Assembly (NCBI GenBank): GCA_963833985.1
Contig: CAWIAD010000002.1
Coordinates: forward strand, 1,888,001 to 1,952,000
Length of the DNA: 64,000 nucleotides
Origin: an uncultured Planctomycetaceae bacterium
GTDB lineage: Bacteria > Planctomycetota > Planctomycetia > Isosphaerales > Isosphaeraceae
Direction: 5' to 3'
The notes beneath the pieces were generated by a model, which ran no database searches, was not told the DNA's origin, and worked only from the letters and a program-made list of their open reading frames with translations. Of this stretch, positions 20,040-29,640 are shown one piece after another. The position numbers were made by a program, and so were the translations under genes. Position 1 is the stretch's first letter. Each line of letters opens with the position of its first letter.

Positions 20040-23000
20040 CTATCCGGGTGGACGACCCCGATCGGCCTGGTGCTTGCGGACGGTGGTCAGGCGTGACGCG
20101 GCTTCCGGAGCATGCGGATCGCCTTGAAACCGCGATTGCAGCCGCTCGTACGCTTCAGCGGCATCGCTCCACTGGCTGAGCCGCTCGTAGACCTTCCCCG
20201 CCTCGAGCAGTGCGGCTGCCTGCCAGCGGGGGGCGTCGTAAAGGATATCGACCTTGAGGAACTCGGTGAGCGCTTTGCGCAGGCGATCCTCGTGAAAGAA
20301 TGTCTCGCCGCGCAGGAGATGCGCCTGGGCGGCCAGGTCGCCCCCCTTGCGGGCGTCAATCACGGCCTGGAATGCCTGGCGCGCCTCCTGCGGATGGGCC
20401 AGTCCCAGCAGTGCCCGGCCGCGCGCGAAGTCGAGCTCGGCGATGGCGGGATCACCGGCCGGGAGCTCCGCCGCGAGCTGCTTCGCCTCGGCGAGCGCCT
20501 GCTGCCAGTGCCTCGTCCCCAGCAGGCTTTGCACATGACGAGCCCGGACGAGCCGGCCAAAGCCGGTGGACTCCGACGCTCCCGGCGGCTCGCTCTGGAG
20601 CGCGGCGAGGACCGCCTCGGCGCATGTCCAGTCCTCGAGATGCAGAGCCGCCTCGGCGCGCAGCAAGCGGGCCTCGCGGAGCCGGGAACTCCCTGGATAA
20701 TCACGAATCAACCGATCCAGCATGACTGCCGCGCCCTTCCAGTCGCCCGTTTCGATCTGGCTGCGTCCCAGCCGGTAGAGGATCAGGGGCATCATCCCCG
20801 CGGAGGCGGACCCGGCCCCGGCGTCGCCCGCGTTGCGCTTCCCGGCAGGCTTGCCCTGCGCTCCGTTCCGGGCATTCGCAGGGGCCGCGGCGTTTTCGAC
20901 AACGGGCGTCAAGAGGCGGATGGCCTCGTCCGGATGGCCAGCCGCGCTGGCCGATTCCGCCAGGTTGAACCGGGCGTCGATTGCGTGGGGGCTATCGGCA
21001 TACGACCGGAGCAGCTCGGCGAAGGCGGCGTCGGCCTCGGCCGGCTTGCGTGCCCGGACCAGTGCCCAGCCGCGCTCGGCAAGCAATCCGTCGGGCGTTT
21101 CGCCCAGTCCTTTCAACTTCGCGCGCTGCGCGTCGGCGGAAAGCACCTCCTGAAAGCTCTGCGCCGCTCGCTCCGACCGGCCGGTCCGGTCCAGCAGCCG
21201 GGCCATGGCCAGCCTGGCCCGGAGGGCCTCGACGGCATCGGCGTGCTGGCGGATGAGCCGGGAATAGGCCTCGAGAGCCGAGTCGGTCGACCCGGCGGCC
21301 TCGAGCGCGACGCCCTGCTCGAGCGCGACCGCAAGGGCTTCAGGGCCGGCTCCCGCGTGATCGAGGTACTGTCCGAAGAGGGTTGCGGCATCGGCGGGCT
21401 TGCCGAGCCGCCGGAACGTGCGGCCCAGCCCGAGCCTGGCCCGGTTCACGAGCGCGCGATCCCTGGCTGCGTCAGGCGGCTCGCCGCGGGAGGCCGGTGC
21501 AGGCTGGGGGGATCCTGTTGCCCCGGGACTGATGATCTGGCGGAAGAACTCCGCCGCGCGCGGATACTGTCCGGCCCGAAGCAGGGCCTCGGCCACCCTG
21601 AGCCGGGCCTCCGGCAATAGCCGGCTTGCCGGGAACTCCCGGGCCAGCCGGGTCACCGCGTCGCTCGCCAGGTCGAGCTGCCGCAAACCGACCTCGGCGG
21701 TAGCCAGGTGCGCCAGCGCCGCGTCGGCCACCTCGCCTTGCGGGTTCGATTTCAGGTAGAGCCGGAGCGGCTCGACCGCCTCGGAGTAGCGACCCTGCTC
21801 GACGGCTTCCTGCCCCAGCAGAAAGCGGGCGTCCACGCCGACCGCACCGGTGGCCGAGGCCGTCGCCAGCTTCGCCAGTAGCGCATCGGCCTGACTGGCC
21901 CGACCTGTGGCGCGGTAGGCCAGCGCGAGGTCGTACCGCGCCTTGGCCTCCGCTGCCGGAGCCAGCTCCGCGGCGGGTGATTTACCGCGCGGTCCGGACT
22001 CCCGGCCCAGGCCGAGTAGTCCTTCGAGCTGATCGGCGGCTTCCCGGGCCTGGCCGCCGGCCAGCAGGGCCCGGGCCTCGATGAGCCGCACCTCGGCCGC
22101 GAGCTTGCTGGTGGCATGCTGCTTGCCGAACTGGCGAGCGAGCGTCAGGGCAGCCGCGGCGTCTCCCGCATCGAGTGCCAGCGCCGCCGCGCGGCAGAGC
22201 GCGTCATCAGCCCAGGGGTCTTCGGGGTACGACCGGGCCACGCGCAGGAACCGTTCGCGTGCCGGATCGGGCTGCTTCTGCTGGAGCAGTGCTTCGGCCG
22301 AGCGAAAGACCAGCGCCGGAACCAGGGGCGACTGAGGGAACCGCTTCACCGCATCATCGGCGGTTGCCAGGGCCAGGTCAGGGTGTCCGTGGTCGACCTC
22401 AAGCGTTGCCAGCGCCAGGGCGGCGCGGGGCGCCAGGGTCTCGGCTCCCCCTTCGATGAGGGCCTTGAGCAGCTTCTCGGCGTCCGGGATGCGATCCAGC
22501 CGCGCCAGCGCTTCGGCCCGGAGCAGCCGGCCTTCGCCTTGAAATGGGCTCCGGGGCGCTGCACGTTCGAGCTCCTCCAGCGCAGCCACGGCGGCCTGAT
22601 ACTGACCGGCTGCCACCTGGGTCTTGCCCAGTTCCAGCCAGGCCCTGTCTACCCAGTCGGCCGCACCGCCCCTGGCCAGCTCGTTGAGAATCTTCGCGGC
22701 CGGGCCGGCGGCGCCCATCTCCGCGAGAGTCCGCCCCAGACCGAAGCGTGCGCGGTCGGCAAGCTGTCCGTGCGGGTAATCGGCCAACGACCGCTCGTAG
22801 GAGGCCTCCGCGCCCGGGAGATCGCCAAGGCCCAGGCGGACGTCTCCCAGGTAAGTCCACGCGGTCTCCAGGTTGGGATGCCGGCCGCTCTCCCCGGTGA
22901 ACGCTTCCAGGGACAGCCGGGCGGCTCGTAGATCGCCCAGCATGTAGGCCAGTTCCCCCAGACGATACTGGGCCGTGCGGGCGCGGGGATGACCGGGTGC

Positions 23001-23381
23001 TTTTTCCAGGAACTCCCGGAACGCCTGCCGCGCCTCCCGGTAGCGGCCTTGAAAGAGCCAGGCGTTGGCCAGTCCGAAGCGGGCGTCATCCGCGTCACGA
23101 CCCGAGGGACCGGTGTCAAGGAAGCGCTGGTATTCCTGTGCCGCCAGATCAAAGCGGCGCTCGCGGAGCAAGCCGTGGGCGAAGTCCAGACCTTCAGACC
23201 TCTGCCGTTTCTGGGTCGCGGCATCGGAGGAGCGAGCTTCCTGGGCCTTGCCGGTGAGGGTGGCCGGTGCAGCGATGACCCCGAGCGCGACGGCCAGTAC
23301 CACGGCAGCGGTCGGAGGGATCCTGCACCACCCGGACGTGTTCTCGCGGCACATTGATGAGTCGGTTCGCCCGAGGGCCAT
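20040..23381 (-). CDS. Large exported tetratricopeptide-repeat protein
   Basis: Signal-like segment and many TPR units (ARFGLA, AQYRLGE, ALLEAGKVYE); upstream of the ExbB-like gene on the same strand. Confidence 0.85.
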   Translation of the reverse strand: MALGRTDSSMCRENTSGWCRIPPTAAVVLAVALGVIAAPATLTGKAQEARSSDAATQKRQRSEGLDFAHGLLRERRFDLAAQEYQRFLDTGPSGRDADDARFGLANAWLFQGRYREARQAFREFLEKAPGHPRARTAQYRLGELAYMLGDLRAARLSLEAFTGESGRHPNLETAWTYLGDVRLGLGDLPGAEASYERSLADYPHGQLADRARFGLGRTLAEMGAAGPAAKILNELARGGAADWVDRAWLELGKTQVAAGQYQAAVAALEELERAAPRSPFQGEGRLLRAEALARLDRIPDAEKLLKALIEGGAETLAPRAALALATLEVDHGHPDLALATADDAVKRFPQSPLVPALVFRSAEALLQQKQPDPARERFLRVARSYPEDPWADDALCRAAALALDAGDAAAALTLARQFGKQHATSKLAAEVRLIEARALLAGGQAREAADQLEGLLGLGRESGPRGKSPAAELAPAAEAKARYDLALAYRATGRASQADALLAKLATASATGAVGVDARFLLGQEAVEQGRYSEAVEPLRLYLKSNPQGEVADAALAHLATAEVGLRQLDLASDAVTRLAREFPASRLLPEARLRVAEALLRAGQYPRAAEFFRQIISPGATGSPQPAPASRGEPPDAARDRALVNRARLGLGRTFRRLGKPADAATLFGQYLDHAGAGPEALAVALEQGVALEAAGSTDSALEAYSRLIRQHADAVEALRARLAMARLLDRTGRSERAAQSFQEVLSADAQRAKLKGLGETPDGLLAERGWALVRARKPAEADAAFAELLRSYADSPHAIDARFNLAESASAAGHPDEAIRLLTPVVENAAAPANARNGAQGKPAGKRNAGDAGAGSASAGMMPLILYRLGRSQIETGDWKGAAVMLDRLIRDYPGSSRLREARLLRAEAALHLEDWTCAEAVLAALQSEPPGASESTGFGRLVRARHVQSLLGTRHWQQALAEAKQLAAELPAGDPAIAELDFARGRALLGLAHPQEARQAFQAVIDARKGGDLAAQAHLLRGETFFHEDRLRKALTEFLKVDILYDAPRWQAAALLEAGKVYERLSQWSDAAEAYERLQSRFQGDPHAPEAASRLTTVRKHQADRGRPPG

Positions 23382-23934
23382 GGAACCACCCCTCCCTTGA
23401 GCGGTTCGATCCAACATTCCACCCTCTCGATTTCGTACCTGAGTTCAGGCAATATTGAGAGAATCGCGTAATCGCGGTCCTGAATCCCGCCCCGAGCGCT
23501 AGCCCTCGCCAGAACGGCCTGCCGCACAACCCTTTATATCTTGGTAGCCGCGATCTGGAAAGCCCACCGAAAAGGGGCGTCCCCGAGGCTCTCAGAGCGG
23601 CTCGCGTCCACAGGGCCCCCAACCGCTCCCTTACCACCAGCCGCGGCCATGATTTCCGGGATCCTTCCATGATCAGCAGGTTGGCTCATCACGTTGATTC
23701 CATGTTGCCGTCACATTCCTTGCAATCTCACCCTTTCCCCTTTTTTACGAGAATGGAGGTCGGCTAGCCTCTGGACAGCTAAATTGGGTCCATTTATTCT
23801 ACTAGAAATTCGTAGAATCCCCAGAACTCGCAGTTGGTATACTTGGTCTCTCGAGCATACCAGTCGAGGTCGCTATCGTGTGGCGGCTTCGAGCCAGTGG
23901 TCGAGATGATGTACTCGCAATGGAGAACGCAACT

Positions 23935-24744
23935 ATGGTGAAGTCTCGTTTGATCGGTACGGCTGCCGCAGCGCTGCTGGCCAGCACGGCATTCGCCCAG
24001 GCCCCGTCCAAGCAGATGCCGGCCGCTCAGGCCCCGTCGAAGCAGATGCCGACCGCGCAAGCTCCGGCGGCTCCGGCCAAGAGCTATCCCGCGGCGCAGG
24101 CTCCTGCTGCTCCGAGCAAGAGCTATCCCGCGGCGCAGACGCCAGCTGCCCCGAGCAAGAGCTACCCTGCGGCGCAGGCTCCTGCTGCTCCGAGCAAGAG
24201 CTATCCGGCGGCGCAGGCCCCAGCTGCTCCGAGCAAGAGCTACCCGGCGGCGCAGGCTCCGGCTGCCCCGAGCAAGAGCTATCCGGCGGCGCAGGCCCCA
24301 GCTGCTCCGAGCAAGAGCTACCCTGCGGCGCAGGCTCCGGCGGCTCCGGCCAAGAGCTACCCTGCGGCGCAGGCCCCTGCCGCTCCGGGCAAGACCTATC
24401 CGGCGGCGCAGGCTCCTGCTGCTCCGGGCAAGACCTATCCGGCGGCGCAGGCTCCGGCGGCTCCGGGCAAGACCTATCCGGCGGCGCAGGCTCCGGCGGC
24501 TCCGGCCAAGACCTATCCGGCTGCCCAGGCCGGTGCACCTGCGGCGCCCGCCAAGACCTATCCCATGTCTCAGTCGCCGGCTACTCCTGGCAAGACGGGT
24601 TACGCGACACCGGCCGCCCAGGGTGCAACGCCTGCTCCGGCCGCTCCGGCCGCAGCCCCGACCATGGAAGAGCCTCCGCCGGCTCCCCCCGCACCGGCTC
24701 CTCCGGTTCCCAAGCCCGCTGGTGCGGTGGATCGCAAGGTCTGA
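23935..24744 (+). CDS. Secreted Pro/Ala-rich protein with about 13 tandem K(S/T)YPAAQAPAAPx repeats
   Basis: GGAG RBS, signal peptide MVKSRLIGTAAAALLASTAFA, 39-bp repeats varying mostly at synonymous positions, own terminator. Confidence 0.85.
   Translation: MVKSRLIGTAAAALLASTAFAQAPSKQMPAAQAPSKQMPTAQAPAAPAKSYPAAQAPAAPSKSYPAAQTPAAPSKSYPAAQAPAAPSKSYPAAQAPAAPSKSYPAAQAPAAPSKSYPAAQAPAAPSKSYPAAQAPAAPAKSYPAAQAPAAPGKTYPAAQAPAAPGKTYPAAQAPAAPGKTYPAAQAPAAPAKTYPAAQAGAPAAPAKTYPMSQSPATPGKTGYATPAAQGATPAPAAPAAAPTMEEPPPAPPAPAPPVPKPAGAVDRKV
24079..24590 (+). repeat. 39-bp coding tandem repeat, about 13 units
   Basis: aagagcta(t/c)cc(n)gcggcgcaggc...ccg repeated: 8 KSY units then 5 KTY units. Confidence 0.9.
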
Positions 24745-24772
24745 GGTTCTGCTGAGCTCCGCATGAACGTGC

Positions 24773-24807
24773 AATCCCCGACCTCACAGGGTCGGGGATT
24801 TTTTTTT
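24773..24807 (+). terminator. Rho-independent terminator
   Basis: aatccccgacc-tcacag-ggtcggggatt followed by a T run. Confidence 0.9.
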
Positions 24808-24948
24808 GGACTGTGGGACAGTGGGGTCCCGCCCTGTGAAGACGCCGATCAATGGCGATCAAGCGATCAAGCGATCTCCACCCATGGCGCGCCTGGTGTT
24901 GCGCTCCGTGGGTGGAGATTGCACACAGCAGCCCACAAAGAACATGGA

Positions 24949-26692
24949 TCACTTCTGGGGCGAGCTCACAGGCACAGGTTGGCTGGAAGCCGGCGGCAGG
25001 ACCTGCCGGACCACGGGAACCTGGCGGGCCACCTGCCGCGTCGTGGTGGTGTAGCAGGTGACCGGCACCGTGTACGGGACCTGCTCCATGACCTGCTGCG
25101 TGACATTCTCCGTCACCTGCTTCGTGCGGTACTGGTAGGTTGTCACCGGCACCGAGTAAGGCACCTGGGTCGCGATCTGCTGTGTGACATTTTCAGTGAC
25201 CTGTTTCTGCCGCGTCTGGTAGGTCGTCACCGGCACGGTGTAGGGGACCTGCTCGGCCACCTGCTGTGCGACGTTTTCGGTGACCTGTTTCTGCCGCGTC
25301 TGGTAGGCGGTGACGGGCACCGTGTAAGGCACACGGACAAAGACCTGCTGCGTCACGTCCTGGGTGACTTCTCGATACTGAGTCACCTGGACCATTTCGG
25401 TCTTCTGCTCGGCCACTTGCACGGTCGTCGTCACCGGCACGGTCTCGCTGACCTGGCTGGCTTGCATGGTGGTCACCGGCGCTTCATACTCCTGGACCTG
25501 CTGCTCGCAAACGGTCTCGTTGACAGTCACGGGGACCATCTTCGTGCGGGTCTCGGGCACCTGGATCGTCTGCTGGCTAGGCACCATCCGGGTCCTGGTC
25601 TGGTTCACGTAGGTCGTCTCCGGAACCTGACGGACGACCGGTCGACTGACGAAGACCTGCTCGTAGGAACAAGTGGTTCCTCCGTACCCATGGGCCACCG
25701 CGCTGTGGCTGCCACACAGGCCGCAGCCTCCGCCGCAACGATGAAGGCACAGGTGCGCAGGTGTTCGGGCAGCTTCCGGCCGGAGCCAGCGATGCCACCG
25801 ATGCGGCCCGGGTTTCATAGCAGCCCTGCTCCTCGACCACCTGCTTCATCGTCGTGACCGGAACGCACTCGGTGTAGGTCTCGGGGACCATGGTGGTCTG
25901 CACCCTGGAGGTGAGAACCGTCTCGGATTGCGGCTGCATGATGGTCCGTGTGACCGGCTTCTGAACCGTGATCACACGCTGCTGCTTGCGCATGGTGGTG
26001 ACGGGGTTGTAGACCGTGCGGGTCACCTGCTGGTTCACCGTCTGCTGCCGGGGCACATACTCGGTATACGTCCGGGGGACGGTGACCATTTCCGCGATGG
26101 TCTTCTTCTCTGGCACGGTCTGGGTTTTGGTGTCGTAGCGGTAGCGGGTCTCGTTGGAGGTGACGGGGACCTGCTCGGTGATGGTGCGCGTGACCGGAAC
26201 GGTCTGGGTCTTGTACTCGGTGCGATAGCGAGTCTCGTTGGAGGTGACGGGGACCTGCTCGGTGATGGTGCGCGTGACCGGGACGGTCTGGTTCTTGTAT
26301 TCAGTGCGGTAGCGGGTCTCGTTGGAGGTGACGGGGACCTGCTCGGTGATGGTGCGCGTGACCGGGACGGTCTGGGTCTTGCACTCGGTGCGATAGCGGG
26401 TCTCCATGGTGGTGACGGGAACCTGCTCGGTCACGGTATCGTAGACGGTCTCATAGACGATCTGGCTCTGGGGAACCGGGCTGGTCGAGGTCTGCGGCTG
26501 GGCCGTCACCGGCGCGGTTGCCGCCTGGGCGGTGGGCTGAACTCCATCGCCGGCTCGTGCCTGACAGCTTGCCATGACGGCCAGAGCCGCAAGCAGCCTG
26601 CATGAGAGGGATCCAGCTTGTCGAAAGACACTTCCCACGTTCGCTCTCCTGTTCAGTGGTTGACTGGTGGCGGAAGCCGGTTTGCCAGTCAT
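24949..26692 (-). CDS. Secreted YTV/VPV-repeat (Val/Thr/Gln/Pro-rich) putative envelope structural protein; frameshift near 25755
   Basis: Signal-like LLAALAVMASCQARA, repeats TRYRTEYKTQTVPVTRTITEQVPVTSNE and QVPYTVPVTTYQTRQKQVTENV, central Cys/Gly/His segment. Confidence 0.8.
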
Positions 26693-27169
26693 GGTTCAAG
26701 GTTGCCGAACTATCCCCGCTCGCTCCTGTTGCCAAACACGACGTCTCTACGCCTTTGACCCAGTCGATATTAGTTCTCTATATTCCGCAATGCCACTCAA
26801 ATGTAAAGACCGACGAGTCGCGACGCCAGAAGCTGGTTCCCGCCTGGTGCGACGATCCGCCGCCGGCCGCGCTGGAGCTTCGATCCGGATCATCGCTGGC
26901 CGCTTCGTGGCAGCACCCGTATAGACGTGTGGAGCAATCGTTTAGCCTGGATGCGCTGGATCGCGGGATGACCCGGTCAGGAATTGGGCAGTGAGTCGCC
27001 GCCAGGTTGCGGACGGGGGCGGTTTCGCTTAATCTGCGAATCAGATGAGTTGATTACCTGGGCACACCGGGTTCTGGTTCGCCGCCCTCGGATCTGGAGA
27101 CTGTCGACGGAGTGCGAATCCGAGTCCCGTTGCCCATCTACTGAGGATTTGCGGCAAGCCTTTCCATCC

Positions 27170-28228
27170 ATGTCAAAAACCGAACGCGAACGAAATCTCG
27201 CCGTCTTCATCGACCTGGAAAACCTGGCGATGGGTTTCCAGGGGCAAAGGAAGATTCGCTTCGAGGTCCAGAAAGTGCTCGAGCGGCTGGTCGAGAAGGG
27301 GAAGCTGGTCGTCAAGAAAGCCTATGCGGACTGGAGCCGGTTCCCCAGCTATACGGCGCCTTTTCATGAGTCGGCCATCGAGTTGATCGAGATCCCCAAG
27401 CGCTCTCAAACAGGCAAGAACTCGGCCGACATCCGCCTGGTTGTGGACGCGCTGGATCTCTCCTGGAGCAAGCTGCACGTTGACACGTTCGTGATCGTCT
27501 CGGGCGATTCGGACTTCTCGCCGCTGGTCTCGAAGCTGAAGGAGAATGGCAAGCACGTGATCGGCCTGGGCATGAAAGGTTCCACGTCCGACCTCCTGCG
27601 AGACAATTGCGACGAGTTCATCTACTACGAGGACCTCGAGAGACAGGAGCAGAACGAGCAGCAGTTAGCCACGAACCTCAATGCCTATCTGCCGCCCACA
27701 CTGAACGAGAAGCAGCGCGAAGTCTTCAGCCTGCTGGTGGAGGCGTGCAACGCCCTGCGGCGCGAGAATCACGAAGTGCTTTACGCGTCCATGATCAAGG
27801 ACACGATGAAGCGCAAGAAGCCGTCGTTCGACGAGAGCTACTACGGCTATCGTAGCTTCACGCACCTGATGGAAGACGCCGACAACCTGGCACTCGTGGA
27901 CATCGAGCGCAATCCCAAGAGCGGCACCTACGTGGTGACGCGCATCTGCGGCGAGGGAGAAGACCGCGCCCCGGGCACCGTCGCCGTGCCGGGCCGGAAT
28001 TCGCCGGGCGCAGCAGGTTCCAACTCCAGGCGCAAAGAGGCGGAGCCGGCAACCGCCGCTGAGCGGCCGGGTCGGGTCAAGCCGGGCCGGGCCGGCGGGT
28101 GCGCTTGCCTCGTGCACGGGGTCGAACGGATTCGCCTTCGTTCTGCTCTCTTTCTGGTTTTCCGGGAGATGCGCTATAATCGCGGGTGGGAGAGTCGGCC
28201 GATTTTCTGCTCCGGCCACGCTGGCTGA
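27170..28228 (+). CDS. NYN-domain protein with C-terminal OST-HTH/LOTUS domain; true 3' end may be earlier
   Basis: AVFIDLEN, AYADW, KNSADIRLVVD, SGDSDF, CDEFIYY and PSFDESYYGYRSF motifs. Confidence 0.88.
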   Translation: MSKTERERNLAVFIDLENLAMGFQGQRKIRFEVQKVLERLVEKGKLVVKKAYADWSRFPSYTAPFHESAIELIEIPKRSQTGKNSADIRLVVDALDLSWSKLHVDTFVIVSGDSDFSPLVSKLKENGKHVIGLGMKGSTSDLLRDNCDEFIYYEDLERQEQNEQQLATNLNAYLPPTLNEKQREVFSLLVEACNALRRENHEVLYASMIKDTMKRKKPSFDESYYGYRSFTHLMEDADNLALVDIERNPKSGTYVVTRICGEGEDRAPGTVAVPGRNSPGAAGSNSRRKEAEPATAAERPGRVKPGRAGGCACLVHGVERIRLRSALFLVFREMRYNRGWESRPIFCSGHAG

Positions 28229-28260
28229 TTGCCGGTCGCACCTTTCCGGGAGCACTTCCC

Positions 28261-29586
28261 ATGGTTGCACCTCGAGCTGGCATCGTCATGACCTCGGCGC
28301 TCGGCCTGCTCATCGTCGCCGGCACCGTTGCTCACAGTCAGGATCCCGCCGCCGCCGATCACACTCCACAGCAGGTGCTCAAGGGCCATGGCCTGGAGAA
28401 ATCGGGAACCACCTGGGTGTTGCTCTCGGCGGAGAAGGGAGTCCTGAGCGACCTGGCGGCAGCCCGGGGCGTTTACCGCCAGGTGTCCGAGGGCATGATG
28501 CGGCAGCAAGCATTCGCGATGGGAATCGCTGGCCGCAAGAACGATCTTCAGACGCTCCGCATGCGAAATAATGCGCTGGGGCAGCAGATCGCGGTTCTCG
28601 ACCAGGAATTGAACGCCCTGGTCACGCCTCCCGGAGGCAACAACTTCGTAACGATGCAGCGCAACCAGCTCTCTCAGCAACGCAATGCCCTGACGGCAGA
28701 GAACAACCAGGTTGTGAACATGCTGAACGCCCTTCAAGAGCAAGCGCGCGACCAGGGCCAGGACCAGCAACTTCAGCTCAACGCCGAGGTGGCCGAACGG
28801 CGCGAGAAGTTCATGCAGGCGGTCTTCGACCTGCGGAAGTCGGTCGATGAGCTGACCGCCAAGTACGAGGAGCTTGCCGGGAACCAGGAGGTCACCCAGG
28901 CCCTCAGCGCGCTTTCCAAGGCCACCAGGAGCAAGCAGAAGCTGGGGCCGTCGGTGAAGGTCCGAGATGCGATCAAGCTGCTCCAGCAGGCGGAGTCGAC
29001 CGTCCAGAGCGACAACATCACGCTGCATCGCGAGAACGGCGTCTTCCACGTCTACGCCACGTTGGGCCGTGTTCCCACGAAGATGGTCTTCGATACCGGG
29101 GCCGGCCTGACCACCATTTCGGCCAAACTCGCCGACCGCATCGGGCTGCGGACCAGGAAAACGGATCCGACCATCCAGCTCAAGACGGCGGACGGCACGG
29201 TCGTCGAAGCGAAGCATACGGTGATCCCCTCGGTGCGTGTGGGCAAGTTCGCCATTCCCAATGTGGAATGCGCCGTGATGCCCGCGGAGAAGGGTGACGT
29301 GGATCCTTTGCTGGGCCAGACGTTCTTCAAGTATTTCAAGGTGGAGTTCAACGCCGAGGCCGGCAAGCTCAACCTGAAGAAACTGGAGCTGGACGCGTCG
29401 GTCGCCGAGGCTCCGCCCGTTGCGGATGCGACGGCAAAACCCGCCGGCAAGGCTGCCGCCAGGGGCCGGCGGAGCGCTCGGCCTCGCACCACCGCCCGCA
29501 GCAAGAAATCGGCCCAGCCGCGCGCTGCGGACGCTGGCGGCGATACCTCCTCGCTGCCCGCGGACGGTGCCTCGGATCCCGATTGA
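28261..29586 (+). CDS. Exported retropepsin-like aspartic protease with coiled-coil N-terminus
   Basis: MVFDTGAG catalytic motif, TADG flap, LLGQTF; signal-like N-terminus. Confidence 0.85.
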   Translation: MVAPRAGIVMTSALGLLIVAGTVAHSQDPAAADHTPQQVLKGHGLEKSGTTWVLLSAEKGVLSDLAAARGVYRQVSEGMMRQQAFAMGIAGRKNDLQTLRMRNNALGQQIAVLDQELNALVTPPGGNNFVTMQRNQLSQQRNALTAENNQVVNMLNALQEQARDQGQDQQLQLNAEVAERREKFMQAVFDLRKSVDELTAKYEELAGNQEVTQALSALSKATRSKQKLGPSVKVRDAIKLLQQAESTVQSDNITLHRENGVFHVYATLGRVPTKMVFDTGAGLTTISAKLADRIGLRTRKTDPTIQLKTADGTVVEAKHTVIPSVRVGKFAIPNVECAVMPAEKGDVDPLLGQTFFKYFKVEFNAEAGKLNLKKLELDASVAEAPPVADATAKPAGKAAARGRRSARPRTTARSKKSAQPRAADAGGDTSSLPADGASDPD

Positions 29587-29640
29587 CCAGGACGAACCAT
29601 CGTGCCCGCCGCGCAGCGATGAACCCCTGGCGGGGCAGGG

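Noticed and set aside
23420..23930. Long intergenic region as a riboswitch or ncRNA (ggaaagcccaccgaaaagggg)
   Set aside because: It has only a superficial resemblance to c-di-GMP-I and the conserved downstream elements are missing. An Infernal/Rfam scan would be needed.
23794..24774. Antisense Arg-rich repeat ORF and other long overlapping ORFs (e.g. 34039..35700, 37952..39460, 56229..58322)
   Set aside because: These are shadow ORFs typical of high-GC DNA, opposite well-supported genes.
24079..26400. 39-bp and 84-bp repeats as a CRISPR array
   Set aside because: There are no unique spacers, the periods are multiples of 3, the repeats are in frame with synonymous variation, and no cas genes are present.
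27170..29586. NYN nuclease plus aspartic protease as a defence pair
   Set aside because: NYN-LOTUS proteins are widespread, the protease appears exported while NYN is cytoplasmic, and nothing beyond adjacency links them.
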